Shown one piece after another: positions 41,142 through 51,464 of a stretch of DNA of 64,000 bases. The stretch covers positions 9,572 to 73,571 of the forward strand of contig JBFWNS010000008.1 in NCBI GenBank assembly GCA_050250935.1, written 5' to 3'. Below the pieces are notes generated by a model, which saw only the letters and a program-made list of their open reading frames with translations, had not been told where the DNA came from and ran no database searches. How positions within the stretch are numbered: the stretch's first letter is position 1; each line of letters starts with the position of its first letter. Position numbers and translations under genes: made by a program. The DNA is from Candidatus Margulisiibacteriota bacterium (lineage in GTDB: Bacteria > Margulisbacteria > Marinamargulisbacteria > JBFWNS01).

Positions 41142-44100
41142 TTACCGACGTTCGACCCAACCCCATGCTTCTTCTCGTCCACCGTCGCCTGGATAGACAT
41201 AGCCGGTCACTCCCCAATAATATTGTCTTCCTGAATGATCGCAAAGGTTTCGATCTAATCCCTCCCGATCGAAGCCTCTCGAATTAAATCCGCTTGTATC
41301 GTATCCCTCCCGATCAACCCCGTCCTTATCGAAACCATCAGGGTTATATCTAGTTCTCGTTTCAAAATGGATTCCAGCTTTATTAAACCCATTTCGGTTG
41401 TAGCCCCTTCGATTATATCGATTGTCGTCATATCCGGCTCGGTTATATCCCCAACGATCATATCCCCTCGCATCTAATCCAGTTAGGTCATATCCCCAAC
41501 GGTTATACCCATCAATATGAAATCCATCTCTGTTATATCCTGCACGGTTGTACCCATTCCAACTGTAAGCTAAAGGGCTGTGACTACAAAAAATGTCTAA
41601 GTATTCACGAGAACGTCCGTGCCTATCGCGTCCGTTTCGATTAAACCCTTCTTTATCGTACCCCAAATAACTATAGCCATCTTTATTAAACCCGTTTCTG
41701 TCCAGTCCCATGAGATTAAATCCGCTAGTTCGATGGAATCCCTGGCTATCTAACCCATCCAAATCATATCCAGTTCGATCAAATCCTTCTCGGTTGCGGC
41801 CGCTTCTATTATAGCCGTCTTTATCAAGCCCCTCTTTGTTGTAGCCATCTCTATTAAATCCCTCAGGATTATATTGGGTGTGTGTATCTCGATGAAACCC
41901 ATCCCGATTAAATCCGCTTAATCGTGAGTACCCGTTGTGATCATATGTCGTTGCAAGTTCAAATGCCCTTTTATGCGCTTGCGGATTGGTTTGGGACGCA
42001 ACAAGAGAAACTGTCTTAAGAATAGGATGAGCACGATGGGGCCAAAGTTTTATAAAGTAAGTGACGCTGTCCAATTCGCACACAAGAAGTTCAGCACAGA
42101 TCGCATCGATAAATGCGCGCCTTTGGCCGGACATTAATATCGACAAAAACGAGGGAAGCACCGGTAAAACATGCAGTGGGCCTAGGGGAACCTTACGGCG
42201 TACGATCTCTTCCACAGCATCATCGACCGGAAGCCATTGATCTAGCGAACATCCGTAACAAATGGCGCGAAAAACCGCAAAAGCAGAATTTGTGGGACCC
42301 TTTTGCATGTTAAAGGCAATTAAGGTGCTGCTGTTATGGGCAATGGTTTCAAATAGTAACGCTGCAAAGCGTCGGCTGTGGGAATCGGGGAAATGGCGTG
42401 CCCAGCTGGCCCAAGGCTCATCAACCTTCAAGGGTTCATTTCCGATTTGTTGGGGGAATTTTGCCTTGCCTAACCGCTCCGGAGGATACCAAAATGTCGC
42501 GAATTTAAGACGCATTACCTCACGTAAGATGGCCAGAGGAACTGTTTCTTTGATTTGGAACAACCGGCGGGTCAACTGAATTTGAACCAATTCGGCCCAA
42601 GATGCATCCGGAATCTCTTGCGAAAGATCTGAACACTCACTTACAAATTGCTTAGCGTGCTGATTAGATCCAAACCATTCAAGTGCTTTGGTCATCGTAT
42701 CTAAGAATTCGAGCGGAGTGGCACCGCGTATGTTGAGCGCTTTACGTGACGCATCTGATTTCTCTAATACAGTAGCAAGTACACCACAAGCGAGCCTTGG
42801 AGGAGAAAGCTTTGGGGTATCAACCCTTGAAGCAGTGGGGCTACTGTCTTTTTCGGTCATCTGTGCCAACAACCGCGTAGACCCATCGCGATCCCATGCC
42901 CGATAAAAATACGCAGAAAACTCAGGCGATAGCCCCACCTGGTGCTGAATCAAAAAGTCGGCCATGCTTTCCATCGTATCCGTCGTTGGGGCAGCTGAAT
43001 CCATGGACCGAAGCACAACTAAATCCAAAAGATTGAGCCCATCGTCAAATCCTGCCGTAGGTGATATTTTTCCCTCGGTTAAGCACCTAGCTGCGTGTTC
43101 AACATCGCCATTGACCAACAATTGAAAAAAACCTTTTAGCGCTTCTGAACTCGTCGGCGGTACTTCGCCCTTAACCAGAGAATCGGTATAGGTTTGGGCT
43201 ACCTCAGCATGTGGGTGTTCCGTATCCGGGACAAGTTTGATGGTAACAAAATCGATTGGACGGCTCCATCCACCCTGGTGAATTAAAAATTGGATCATCT
43301 GTGCAATCTCTCCACATTGCGGACGGAACTCATGCGACAGAATGGGGATTTGTAGCAACAGGTTTAGTAACATCTTGGGAAGCGAAGTCCCTTTCATTCT
43401 TTCACCAAAGAGCGGGATGATGCGTCTTGCTTGACCCAGAATGACCAGCCAGTCAACAGATTCGGCGGCTGCTTTGTCGAAGTGTAGCAACGCATATTTT
43501 TCAATCACCATGTGGGAAATCATGTAATCAGACGAGGTGTCGTTTTTAATCAAGACTTCTAGGATTGCATGCCGTTCTTCACCAGATAAAAATGCGTCAA
43601 AATCCCTTGAGTCAAAAAAGGTTCTGCACCAAGCCTGAAACTTTTCGTCTTTGAGTATCAAGGGACCGTATACCTGAAGGGTTTGAACAACAGCGTTAAC
43701 CAACCCTTTATCCGGAGAAGTATATTCTGCAGAGTATTCCGCGAAAGGAGAAGGGACTAATACTTCCAATTGCCGAATGGCCTTTTCGACAAGGCGATCT
43801 TTTTCGCCCGCCATGAGTTCGAGCCACCTTGTACGAAAAGCTGCTGCTTGAGGATGATTATGACGCAACAGGGTGTAGCAACTACGTTCAAAACTTTCCA
43901 TCCCAATTGAAAGAACACGACTACCATGGAATCCCATTAAGTCCGTGAGGCGGTTAAGTGCCAGGGTCAGTCGATCATCTCCATGTTGCCCCGAGATTTC
44001 CCAAGGAAGGTTTTCTTCTAAATCGCGGATATAAACTTCGGTCAATTGACTGTCATCGCCTTCTAAACAAATGTCCAAGAAACGAGACTGATAATGGGCA

Positions 44101-45575
44101 TGGTCTGCAATCGAAAACATGCCGACTGTGGGAGGCGGCTGTAGACGTCCGCCATGCTTAACCAAGTGTTCTAAGTGGGCTAGCAAATCTACACTATGCC
44201 CTGGAATAAGATATGGTCTTAGCTGCTTTAAAGTCGTGTCAGTTAACCGTTGAACATAGTCAGCGCTGTGAATGGGCTTTCGAATTGCGCAGTACCATGC
44301 ATAGGCTTTTGGGTTCAAAAACATGTGGTCGGCCAGCGTAAAACCGTCTTGGGTAACGTAGCTGTCAGGTAAGCCCAACGACACAATTAAAAATTTGATT
44401 CCGGGTTTCTGACCTGTTACGCAAGGAGCTACCTCCCCATCGTCGAACTTGGCACCCCTGGCGTGGGCCTGTTTCACAAGTTCTGCCAATTCGGACTGTC
44501 CTTTGACCAGTTTGCGATTGTTGAAAAGCCAGGTCATTAGGTTAAAGCTGGTGCTTTGGGGAAGCGCACCCATTTTAAGCAGGTCAGTGATACGGTTTAG
44601 TTTTTGATTGGTTGGCAAATTCCCAGCGCAGGCGTCCACAAGCCGTTGCGTCAATAAGGCTTCCAATGTGGTTACAGACGCCAAATCATTTTTGGCCACC
44701 AACAATTGCCGCGCCGTTTGCCCAGCATGATTGGGCAAATCCAAGCTAGACTCGGTGGCCACTAATTGTTTTAGGGCAAAGTCACGATCGTGAATAATCG
44801 CTAAATGCAGGGGGGTATTGCCGGCTGAATTGGCAAGACCTATCAGTGATGGTTCTGCCTTTAAAATTTCTTGGAAGCAGCGTTGAGCACCCGACACAAC
44901 CGCATGATGAAGCAAAGAATTGCCCGAGGAATCAACCCATTGCCCGAACCTAGTAGGTGTTGGCACGCCCAGACGGGGCCTTAGAATTGCATTCAATCCA
45001 GCTAGTTGATCGTTCGCAACGCAATGAAAAGCCCATCGCTTGCTAAGTGTTTGACTCGGCAAAAATCGAAATTTGCAAGTCAGATCAAACGCAAATTGAT
45101 CCGTTGATGCTAGCAAAACCGTCATTACCCCATCAACGGATTGGGCATTAACATTGGGTAAAACAGCCTGAGGCGAGATTTGGCAAACCTTCAAAAATAA
45201 AGTGGGGTTTTGGACACAAAAAAGAGGGCTCAAAGGGTCATAAATAAGTGCTGGCCACCGCTGATGAATGGAAAAATAAACAGCTTCTTGCTTCGTACCT
45301 TTGTTTCGTTGAAAATAATCGTGCATAATTTTGGCAACAACAACCTGCCCACAGGCTTGTCGATACCGTTGTTGCATGCTACCAAGTTTATTGACGATCG
45401 CAGTCAGTGCAGCATCCACGGACTGGCCTCCCAAGGAATCCAGCCATTTGTTATAGACGGCTATCTCTTTAGCAGACAAAGAGGTCCCCATGGCTTTCTT
45501 CCTGAGAATCTCAGTGGTATAAATTTTAAAAACATTAACATGGTAACCGATAGATACAGCCGGTAATGAAATCAT
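41142..45575 (-). CDS. large ankyrin-repeat protein with C-terminal GY[DN]xxG repeat region
   Basis: GNSLLHHAV, GNTPLHLAI, GQTARQL; about 230 aa of (Y/F)(D/N)xxG repeats. Confidence 0.85.
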   Translation of the reverse strand: MISLPAVSIGYHVNVFKIYTTEILRKKAMGTSLSAKEIAVYNKWLDSLGGQSVDAALTAIVNKLGSMQQRYRQACGQVVVAKIMHDYFQRNKGTKQEAVYFSIHQRWPALIYDPLSPLFCVQNPTLFLKVCQISPQAVLPNVNAQSVDGVMTVLLASTDQFAFDLTCKFRFLPSQTLSKRWAFHCVANDQLAGLNAILRPRLGVPTPTRFGQWVDSSGNSLLHHAVVSGAQRCFQEILKAEPSLIGLANSAGNTPLHLAIIHDRDFALKQLVATESSLDLPNHAGQTARQLLVAKNDLASVTTLEALLTQRLVDACAGNLPTNQKLNRITDLLKMGALPQSTSFNLMTWLFNNRKLVKGQSELAELVKQAHARGAKFDDGEVAPCVTGQKPGIKFLIVSLGLPDSYVTQDGFTLADHMFLNPKAYAWYCAIRKPIHSADYVQRLTDTTLKQLRPYLIPGHSVDLLAHLEHLVKHGGRLQPPPTVGMFSIADHAHYQSRFLDICLEGDDSQLTEVYIRDLEENLPWEISGQHGDDRLTLALNRLTDLMGFHGSRVLSIGMESFERSCYTLLRHNHPQAAAFRTRWLELMAGEKDRLVEKAIRQLEVLVPSPFAEYSAEYTSPDKGLVNAVVQTLQVYGPLILKDEKFQAWCRTFFDSRDFDAFLSGEERHAILEVLIKNDTSSDYMISHMVIEKYALLHFDKAAAESVDWLVILGQARRIIPLFGERMKGTSLPKMLLNLLLQIPILSHEFRPQCGEIAQMIQFLIHQGGWSRPIDFVTIKLVPDTEHPHAEVAQTYTDSLVKGEVPPTSSEALKGFFQLLVNGDVEHAARCLTEGKISPTAGFDDGLNLLDLVVLRSMDSAAPTTDTMESMADFLIQHQVGLSPEFSAYFYRAWDRDGSTRLLAQMTEKDSSPTASRVDTPKLSPPRLACGVLATVLEKSDASRKALNIRGATPLEFLDTMTKALEWFGSNQHAKQFVSECSDLSQEIPDASWAELVQIQLTRRLFQIKETVPLAILREVMRLKFATFWYPPERLGKAKFPQQIGNEPLKVDEPWASWARHFPDSHSRRFAALLFETIAHNSSTLIAFNMQKGPTNSAFAVFRAICYGCSLDQWLPVDDAVEEIVRRKVPLGPLHVLPVLPSFLSILMSGQRRAFIDAICAELLVCELDSVTYFIKLWPHRAHPILKTVSLVASQTNPQAHKRAFELATTYDHNGYSRLSGFNRDGFHRDTHTQYNPEGFNRDGYNKEGLDKDGYNRSGRNREGFDRTGYDLDGLDSQGFHRTSGFNLMGLDRNGFNKDGYSYLGYDKEGFNRNGRDRHGRSREYLDIFCSHSPLAYSWNGYNRAGYNRDGFHIDGYNRWGYDLTGLDARGYDRWGYNRAGYDDNRYNRRGYNRNGFNKAGIHFETRTRYNPDGFDKDGVDREGYDTSGFNSRGFDREGLDRNLCDHSGRQYYWGVTGYVYPGDGGREEAWGWVERR

Positions 45576-46071
45576 CAAAAATAAATATACTCAAAAAATT
45601 GAAAATGTAAATATGTTCTGGATCTATGTGGCCTTACCTCGTTGGATACGGCAAAAATAAGGCATCAAAGTCCAGACCGATCGAATTGGGTTGATGCATG
45701 ATGTATAAAATATGGTGTTGCTCTGGTTTTAATTTATGAAGATTGGTTTCCAAATTTGCCTGAAAAATGGACAAAGCTTGGCGACTTGGAATTGCTGAGG
45801 CCTAGGGTATCCCCAGCAGGTAGCCGAGTTTCTTTTTTTGTAGCAATTCCAGAAGCAACGGCTGCCCTAGATAAATTTATAAAAACGATTGAACTTCATG
45901 AGGTTGAGCCCCTTTTCGATTCAAGATAAAAATAATTGAAAAAATTAAATAGATACCACCTTCGCTTGTATTTGTTTTACGGCCGCGAATTGTACCGAAC
46001 CATCTGCCGTTCCGCCCAACCTGGGGGCACAGCGGGGTATAACAAAAGTTTAAATTCGAACTTTGTTTTTT

Positions 46072-47238
46072 CTAAGTTTCTCTCGTAAACACAACCTTCT
46101 CCATCTCCTGCCAAGGACAAATGGTAATACCATTTGAAACCCTGCGAATGGGTTCTTGGCAGATGCAGATTCCGGCTGAATTGTGGGTGTCCGAAACCAC
46201 CCCGTGCAATGATTGAAGATGTTTGGGCTGAATATCCGATCGGGATTTAATTTCCACAAACAGTGTTTCTTGGCCTGGCCTTTCGATGACCAGATCAATT
46301 TCCATAGAAGGGGATGCCAGATAAGAAAACCGATAGCCTGCCTCAAAATAATGATTCATGCGAAGCAATTCCAAAACAATAAATTGTTCAAACAATCGAC
46401 CATATTCCGATGACTGTGGCACCAGTGTATTGGATACTGTTCCCACCAATGCGCGTGTAACGCCGGTATCAAAAAAATAAAATTTGGGATGTGTTTTTTG
46501 GCGTTTTCGGATGGAATGGTGATAGGCGGGAAGAATAAATCCGATCAAGGTATCTTCCAAAATACCGAAATAGGATTTAATGGTTTTAGAATCGATTCCG
46601 GTATCGTTGGCCATATTTGAAAAATTCAAACAGTTCCCATTTTCAGCAGCTGCAAGTTGAAGAAAATGGGTAAAGCCTCTCAGATTTCTGACAATGCCCT
46701 CGGCTTGAATTTCTTCAGCCAAATAGGTGTTGGTATAAGATTTTAGAAACCGTTGCTTAAATTGCGGGCTTTCTAAGGCAAAAACCTTAGGAAGGCTTCC
46801 GTACTGGAGCACAGAATCAAGTTGAAATTGGGTGCCCAACTCCCGATACGTTAAGGGGTGTAAATAAAAAGAGAACGCCCGGCCTGCTAATAAATTGGCC
46901 TGACCGCGCCTCAATTTTCGGGCACTGGAGCCCGTCAGAGCAAAGTTGAGATGAGGATATTTTTCCATCAGCAGATGCACTTCATTGAGCAATTCAGGAA
47001 CATACTGAATCTCATCAATCACAACCCAATCCACCGCTTTGGCTGATTCAACCATATCCACCAACCGATGTGGCGACTTTTCCAACACCAACCGCACATC
47101 CGAATTCAATAAATTAAGAACCAGCATTTTGGACGGATCGGCGATTCCAGACAAAAGCGTCGATTTTCCTGTGCCTCGTGGCCCAAACAAGAAAAAGGAG
47201 TGGTTTATAGAAAGATCGAGCTCTCGTTTAATCAACAT
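46072..47238 (-). CDS. AAA+ ATPase (AAA_14) with DUF4143 domain
   Basis: GPRGTGKST, IDEIQ, TGSSAR, KFYFFDTG, EIDLV...EIKS. Confidence 0.92.
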   Translation of the reverse strand: MLIKRELDLSINHSFFLFGPRGTGKSTLLSGIADPSKMLVLNLLNSDVRLVLEKSPHRLVDMVESAKAVDWVVIDEIQYVPELLNEVHLLMEKYPHLNFALTGSSARKLRRGQANLLAGRAFSFYLHPLTYRELGTQFQLDSVLQYGSLPKVFALESPQFKQRFLKSYTNTYLAEEIQAEGIVRNLRGFTHFLQLAAAENGNCLNFSNMANDTGIDSKTIKSYFGILEDTLIGFILPAYHHSIRKRQKTHPKFYFFDTGVTRALVGTVSNTLVPQSSEYGRLFEQFIVLELLRMNHYFEAGYRFSYLASPSMEIDLVIERPGQETLFVEIKSRSDIQPKHLQSLHGVVSDTHNSAGICICQEPIRRVSNGITICPWQEMEKVVFTRET

Positions 47239-47345
47239 AAACCTAGGATATCAAAGCTATGGAAAAAATGGAACATATTCCGAAAAATCATGGAAAAAGT
47301 GGAGTGTGTTCCAGTTTAAACCTGATTTCGAGTAAAGCGCAGTAT

Positions 47346-47382
47346 CAGTGAAAATTATAAATCGGATTCTCAATTTTCACTG
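47346..47382. repeat. 11-bp inverted repeat (possible operator or hairpin)
   Basis: cagtgaaaatt-N15-aattttcactg. Confidence 0.6.
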
Positions 47383-47475
47383 TTTATTCGTGAAAACCGG
47401 AAAGATAGTAATTTGGTGGATAGTCATGCCTGGGCCAGATTATCTGATGCGTTTCATCGGTAGATTTTGGAAAGG

Positions 47476-47503
47476 TGCAATTTTTTACTGATTTTTCCGA
47501 TTC
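47476..47503 (+). promoter_or_regulatory. sigma28-like promoter variant TGCAA-N17-CGATTC
   Basis: tgcaa 47476-47480, cgattc 47498-47503, ATG 6 nt downstream. Confidence 0.55.
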
Positions 47504-47509
47504 TTATAC

Positions 47510-48337
47510 ATGAATCGAAAAATGATTGCGTTAGTGCCCTGCTATCCTGAAGAACAAAAACAAGTCATGGCGGCGTTTTTGGCCAGTGCACCACTGGTGA
47601 TTGATCAGGCGGCATGCACAGACAATTTGTGGTTTGGACTGATTGATAAATGTAGGCCCCCAAACCTTGATTCAACATTATGGCCTGAAACATTTGTGGG
47701 CATTAACATCTGCATGGCCATGACCCTGGCTTTAGGCAAACAGTTGGTGGAGCAGTTTAATTGGAAGGTGTCGGTTATAACGAGCTTTGGAAAATCTGTG
47801 TACCATCATTGGTTTTTGAGGATCGAAAATGCCTTGTACAAGGATGGTTTAATCGTATGCCCGACCTATCGTCAGATTGCGTTGGATACCAATCGGTCGA
47901 ATCCAGGAGAATTGAGTGAGGATAAACTTTCCGGGCAAGATGCACGGTTGGCTTATGAGACCCTTATGTTTAGGCAATTAGGGCCAGTTCTCATCGTGCA
48001 ACCCCATGACTTACCTGTTTTAGCCCAGCGTATTGAAATGACCCATTCACGCGCGTATCCTCACCGACAAAGAACGGGCTATACCCCAACATGGCATACC
48101 TTATATCAAGAAGGTGGCCGATTAGACCTAAATTCACTCTTACAAAAAAGTCTATCAATGCAAGTGGAAACCATCTTGCAATTTGATCCTACATTGCGCA
48201 CAGTAGGCGCTTTCGATATAGGTCAGATTCTTAGGACGATTCTGGAGCAGTCCCAGCAGGTTTATGTTCAACCGCCTCAGCGCTTTGAGCACTTCGCTCA
48301 AGAACAGCTGGAGCATCATGCGTTGTGGATGGGCTAA
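47510..48337 (+). CDS. hypothetical protein
   Basis: 275-aa ORF, no recognised domain. Confidence 0.7.
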   Translation: MNRKMIALVPCYPEEQKQVMAAFLASAPLVIDQAACTDNLWFGLIDKCRPPNLDSTLWPETFVGINICMAMTLALGKQLVEQFNWKVSVITSFGKSVYHHWFLRIENALYKDGLIVCPTYRQIALDTNRSNPGELSEDKLSGQDARLAYETLMFRQLGPVLIVQPHDLPVLAQRIEMTHSRAYPHRQRTGYTPTWHTLYQEGGRLDLNSLLQKSLSMQVETILQFDPTLRTVGAFDIGQILRTILEQSQQVYVQPPQRFEHFAQEQLEHHALWMG

Positions 48338-48340
48338 AGT

Positions 48341-51300
48341 CTACAACCACGCCAGCGCGGCTGCTAAATCATCTGGGTCTATGCCTGAAAAATCTTTCAG
48401 GTCTGTGCCCAGTGTGGTTTGAAGGTTGCTCAGAAGGCGGTGTAAAAGCTGCCGCGTTTTGATGATATTTGCATCCAAAGCTGTAAGAATGGCGGTGCGG
48501 CCTTCGGGCCTAAAGTTTGAGGTGGTCGTGGCCGGGTCTAGGTGGTACTCAATGTTACCAAGACAGGCTAAAAAACGTCGGTAGCGTGGGGCATCGTCGG
48601 TGGTTACGAAAATTGTATGGAAAAAATTCAGATGCTTCGATAGAGAATCATAGGCGTGTGTGTGAAAAATATCAAAGGCCATAACCAACCTGCGTTGAAA
48701 GGCGGTGGATTCGTTCATGGGGTGCGGTGCGGTTGTGGCCATGCACTTAAGCGAAAAAATATCATAGGCAAGCTCTGACATCAGGTCCCCAAACTCAATG
48801 TGGGAGGGGAAACGAGCGGGGTCTAATCCACAGTGTTGGATGATTTGCTTAGGGCCATCCGGTAGGTGTCGACGGAGTTTTTGTGTGTGCACATGTTGCG
48901 CCTGATTGAAGCCCGCCAACAGAGGAGTAAAGTCGACCCCTTGTGCCAAGCGAGCGTGGAGCTCCGTTAAAAATTGGTCTAAAATGATCGGGAAGCCAGC
49001 GGTCTCACAAAAGATGCCGTATTCTTGTTCATAAAAGAAGGCACATTGAATGTTCAGTAACTGAAGCATCCAGTCTGCGGTTTTATGGCTTGGGATGGCA
49101 CAAAATTTTTGAAGTTCGGTGCCGACTTGCAGTGGTCGTAATATTTCTGGGCCCAGAGTGGAACTTCTTCTGGCCGCTTGTTGCAACCGTTCTGGTGAGG
49201 TGCCGTAACAATCCCGCACAAGAATTTTGCGTGTGTCGTGTACGGGTCGCCGCTCTGAGGTGGTCATGGCTTGTCTGATAAGCAGGGAGTGTTCGGAATC
49301 TGCTGGAAAGGGGCTCAAAACACAGTGGGGCGTTGTGCCATTACGGACTACCATGGGTAAAGGGACACCCGACCAGCGGTGGGTTAAGCCGGTTAGAATC
49401 GGGGTTAACCGCCGAATGGCTTCATCTCTGAGACCCTGTGGAGAGTCGGCAATGGCCAAATACAAGAAGTGGCTTAACTGTCTAAAGTCCACACCCGATC
49501 GAAGTTCAGAGGCAATGCCCACAAATTCAGCCGCCTGGTCCGGGTTGCGTAATGGTTTTACTCGTTTTGCAATGTCTGGGTAGTGCATCGTTTCTCCCCA
49601 AGACAGTATCGGTGTAACGGGCCTTGAAGGGGGTTGGGCAGGGATGCTCATGGGTTGAGGTTCGGTAAAGATAATTTTTGCGACCACATCGGCAAGCCAA
49701 GCGTGATCGGTCAGAAAAAGCCGCTCGCCCCGATACTGGGTCACATACAGTAGAAGATCGTCCAAAGAATGAATGAACGCAGAAAAATCAACAAAATTAA
49801 ACTGTTCGGGTTCGGCGTGGCTTAGCAACAACCGTAAAACAACGTGGGTATAGCCCTGAAGAGCGTATCCGACGCCCACTTGTTTAAGAACTTCTCCCTC
49901 AAAATTAGACGAAAAGCATAGGTTCATTTGGGCGACGCAGCGCATGGCCAAGTTAGTGTAATCGGGTGAACTGGCGGCAATGACCGTCACAGGGAGCATC
50001 AACTTGAGGGTGTCGAGTGTCGCTGGTAGGGTGGGGGATTGCAAGCAGGTATTCCAGTGGTCCAGCCATTTTCGGGCCAGCAACGGCCGGTCTAGCAGGA
50101 CGGGAAAAACGGCTTGGTGCTGGTCTAAGTGGAGTGCGTCATGGAACCCTTGCAGGTCAACTGTTGGACCCATAAGGGTCAGTCTAAGTTCAAAATAAAC
50201 CGGCCAATGCGGATGGTTGGGTTGAAGGTCCATCATCGGGGGTGTGGTGTACAAAAGGGGTGGGATCACCGTAGTGGCGACGGCACAGCTTTTGAGCTCA
50301 AATAGATCATCCAGCCAACGTTGGCAGGTTTGTTCGGTGGTACAGGTGTGGCCCAGCCGAAGCCGCATGACTTGATGTCCGATCTGAGCCTTGTCGAGGC
50401 TGAACAGCGTATGTGCCAAGTCGTTAAACGGCTCGGGGGTTGAAAATTTTTCAATAAACCGCGTGATAACCCGCATCAAAAAAGCAACTGATTTATTGGA
50501 TCGGGCCGCCAATGCCGACATAACCCAGTCTCTAAATCCTACCGGGTTAAGCCTGGCATACCGTTCTGCCAGTTCGGGATAATCCAAAATTTGGGCTGTT
50601 TTGGCTGCGGCTGCTTTTTCTAAGATAGGGGCAAAGTTCGAGTCGGGTAAATCGGCAGGTAGGCTTAACAGGTCGTTAAAAATGTCCTCCCAATTGGGAT
50701 TTCGAAGGTCCACTCTGGTTTGCAATCGATCCCAAAACGTGGGGGCATCCACCCGTGCAGGGTTGTCTGGTGCATTGGCTTGCGTGTGGGTGGGTGCTGC
50801 GCTGGGTTGAGCCTGTGTGCGTGCAGGCCATTGGGACAACAATCGTGAAAGCGGTTCTGTTAAAAAAGCTTGGTGAGCCTCGTCGTTATGCTCGCTGGGT
50901 TTGGGGAATTCTACGGGCAAAAGGAGGGTAGGGAGGTCGGGATTTTTGGGCTTGAAGGCATAAAGACGGCATTCTCCTTCGGTTTTGTTTTGAAAGGAAA
51001 CGCGCTGAAGCTGTCCGTGTGGGGGTAATGCATGAGAGGTGGGATAAGGCTGCCATTCTCGGTCCACCGCAATTTTAAGTAAGATCAAGTCGTTTACACA
51101 AACGGGGCTGCCGGGTGCTAGGTCTAATAACTGAACCTTATAATGGGTACAAACGGCCTCATAAACTTTTTGAATGGTGGCTGCATCCAACTTAGCAACC
51201 GCTGCTTCGAGACTGGCTCGACCCAGGTTTTTCCAGGCGACAATAAAAGGGCTCAGATCTGCTGGTGCTGCCACCAATTTCCCGGCTTCTTTTAAAAAAT

Positions 51301-51400
51301 TTTCAACCTGATCTTTGTTACGCTTGATAAGCCGGTTGGCCAAGGTCGTGGCCTGTTGTTGGCTAAGGCCAAAAGGTGGTGCTGCAAGTTGTTTTTTCAT
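48341..51400 (-). CDS. large orphan hypothetical protein (about 1019 aa)
   Basis: Long ORF; ATG at 51400 (MKKQL) lies downstream of the promoter motif. Confidence 0.8.
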   Translation of the reverse strand: MKKQLAAPPFGLSQQQATTLANRLIKRNKDQVENFLKEAGKLVAAPADLSPFIVAWKNLGRASLEAAVAKLDAATIQKVYEAVCTHYKVQLLDLAPGSPVCVNDLILLKIAVDREWQPYPTSHALPPHGQLQRVSFQNKTEGECRLYAFKPKNPDLPTLLLPVEFPKPSEHNDEAHQAFLTEPLSRLLSQWPARTQAQPSAAPTHTQANAPDNPARVDAPTFWDRLQTRVDLRNPNWEDIFNDLLSLPADLPDSNFAPILEKAAAAKTAQILDYPELAERYARLNPVGFRDWVMSALAARSNKSVAFLMRVITRFIEKFSTPEPFNDLAHTLFSLDKAQIGHQVMRLRLGHTCTTEQTCQRWLDDLFELKSCAVATTVIPPLLYTTPPMMDLQPNHPHWPVYFELRLTLMGPTVDLQGFHDALHLDQHQAVFPVLLDRPLLARKWLDHWNTCLQSPTLPATLDTLKLMLPVTVIAASSPDYTNLAMRCVAQMNLCFSSNFEGEVLKQVGVGYALQGYTHVVLRLLLSHAEPEQFNFVDFSAFIHSLDDLLLYVTQYRGERLFLTDHAWLADVVAKIIFTEPQPMSIPAQPPSRPVTPILSWGETMHYPDIAKRVKPLRNPDQAAEFVGIASELRSGVDFRQLSHFLYLAIADSPQGLRDEAIRRLTPILTGLTHRWSGVPLPMVVRNGTTPHCVLSPFPADSEHSLLIRQAMTTSERRPVHDTRKILVRDCYGTSPERLQQAARRSSTLGPEILRPLQVGTELQKFCAIPSHKTADWMLQLLNIQCAFFYEQEYGIFCETAGFPIILDQFLTELHARLAQGVDFTPLLAGFNQAQHVHTQKLRRHLPDGPKQIIQHCGLDPARFPSHIEFGDLMSELAYDIFSLKCMATTAPHPMNESTAFQRRLVMAFDIFHTHAYDSLSKHLNFFHTIFVTTDDAPRYRRFLACLGNIEYHLDPATTTSNFRPEGRTAILTALDANIIKTRQLLHRLLSNLQTTLGTDLKDFSGIDPDDLAAALAWL

Positions 51401-51431
51401 AAATACCCTAATGGTCCTTTTTTGTAGAGAA

Positions 51432-51460
51432 TTATCGGCTCTATAATGCAAATAATTGCA
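51432..51460 (-). promoter_or_regulatory. sigma28-like promoter TGCAA-N16-GCCGATAA
   Basis: plus strand ttatcggc 51432-51439 and ttgca 51456-51460. Confidence 0.65.
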
Positions 51461-51464
51461 ATAT

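Noticed and set aside
45630..45900. Possible degraded minus-strand gene between the ankyrin and ATPase genes
   Set aside because: Short frames broken by stops, with no recognisable family
47259..47314. Imperfect ~32-bp direct repeat upstream of the AAA ATPase
   Set aside because: Two degenerate AT-rich copies only; not enough to assign a function
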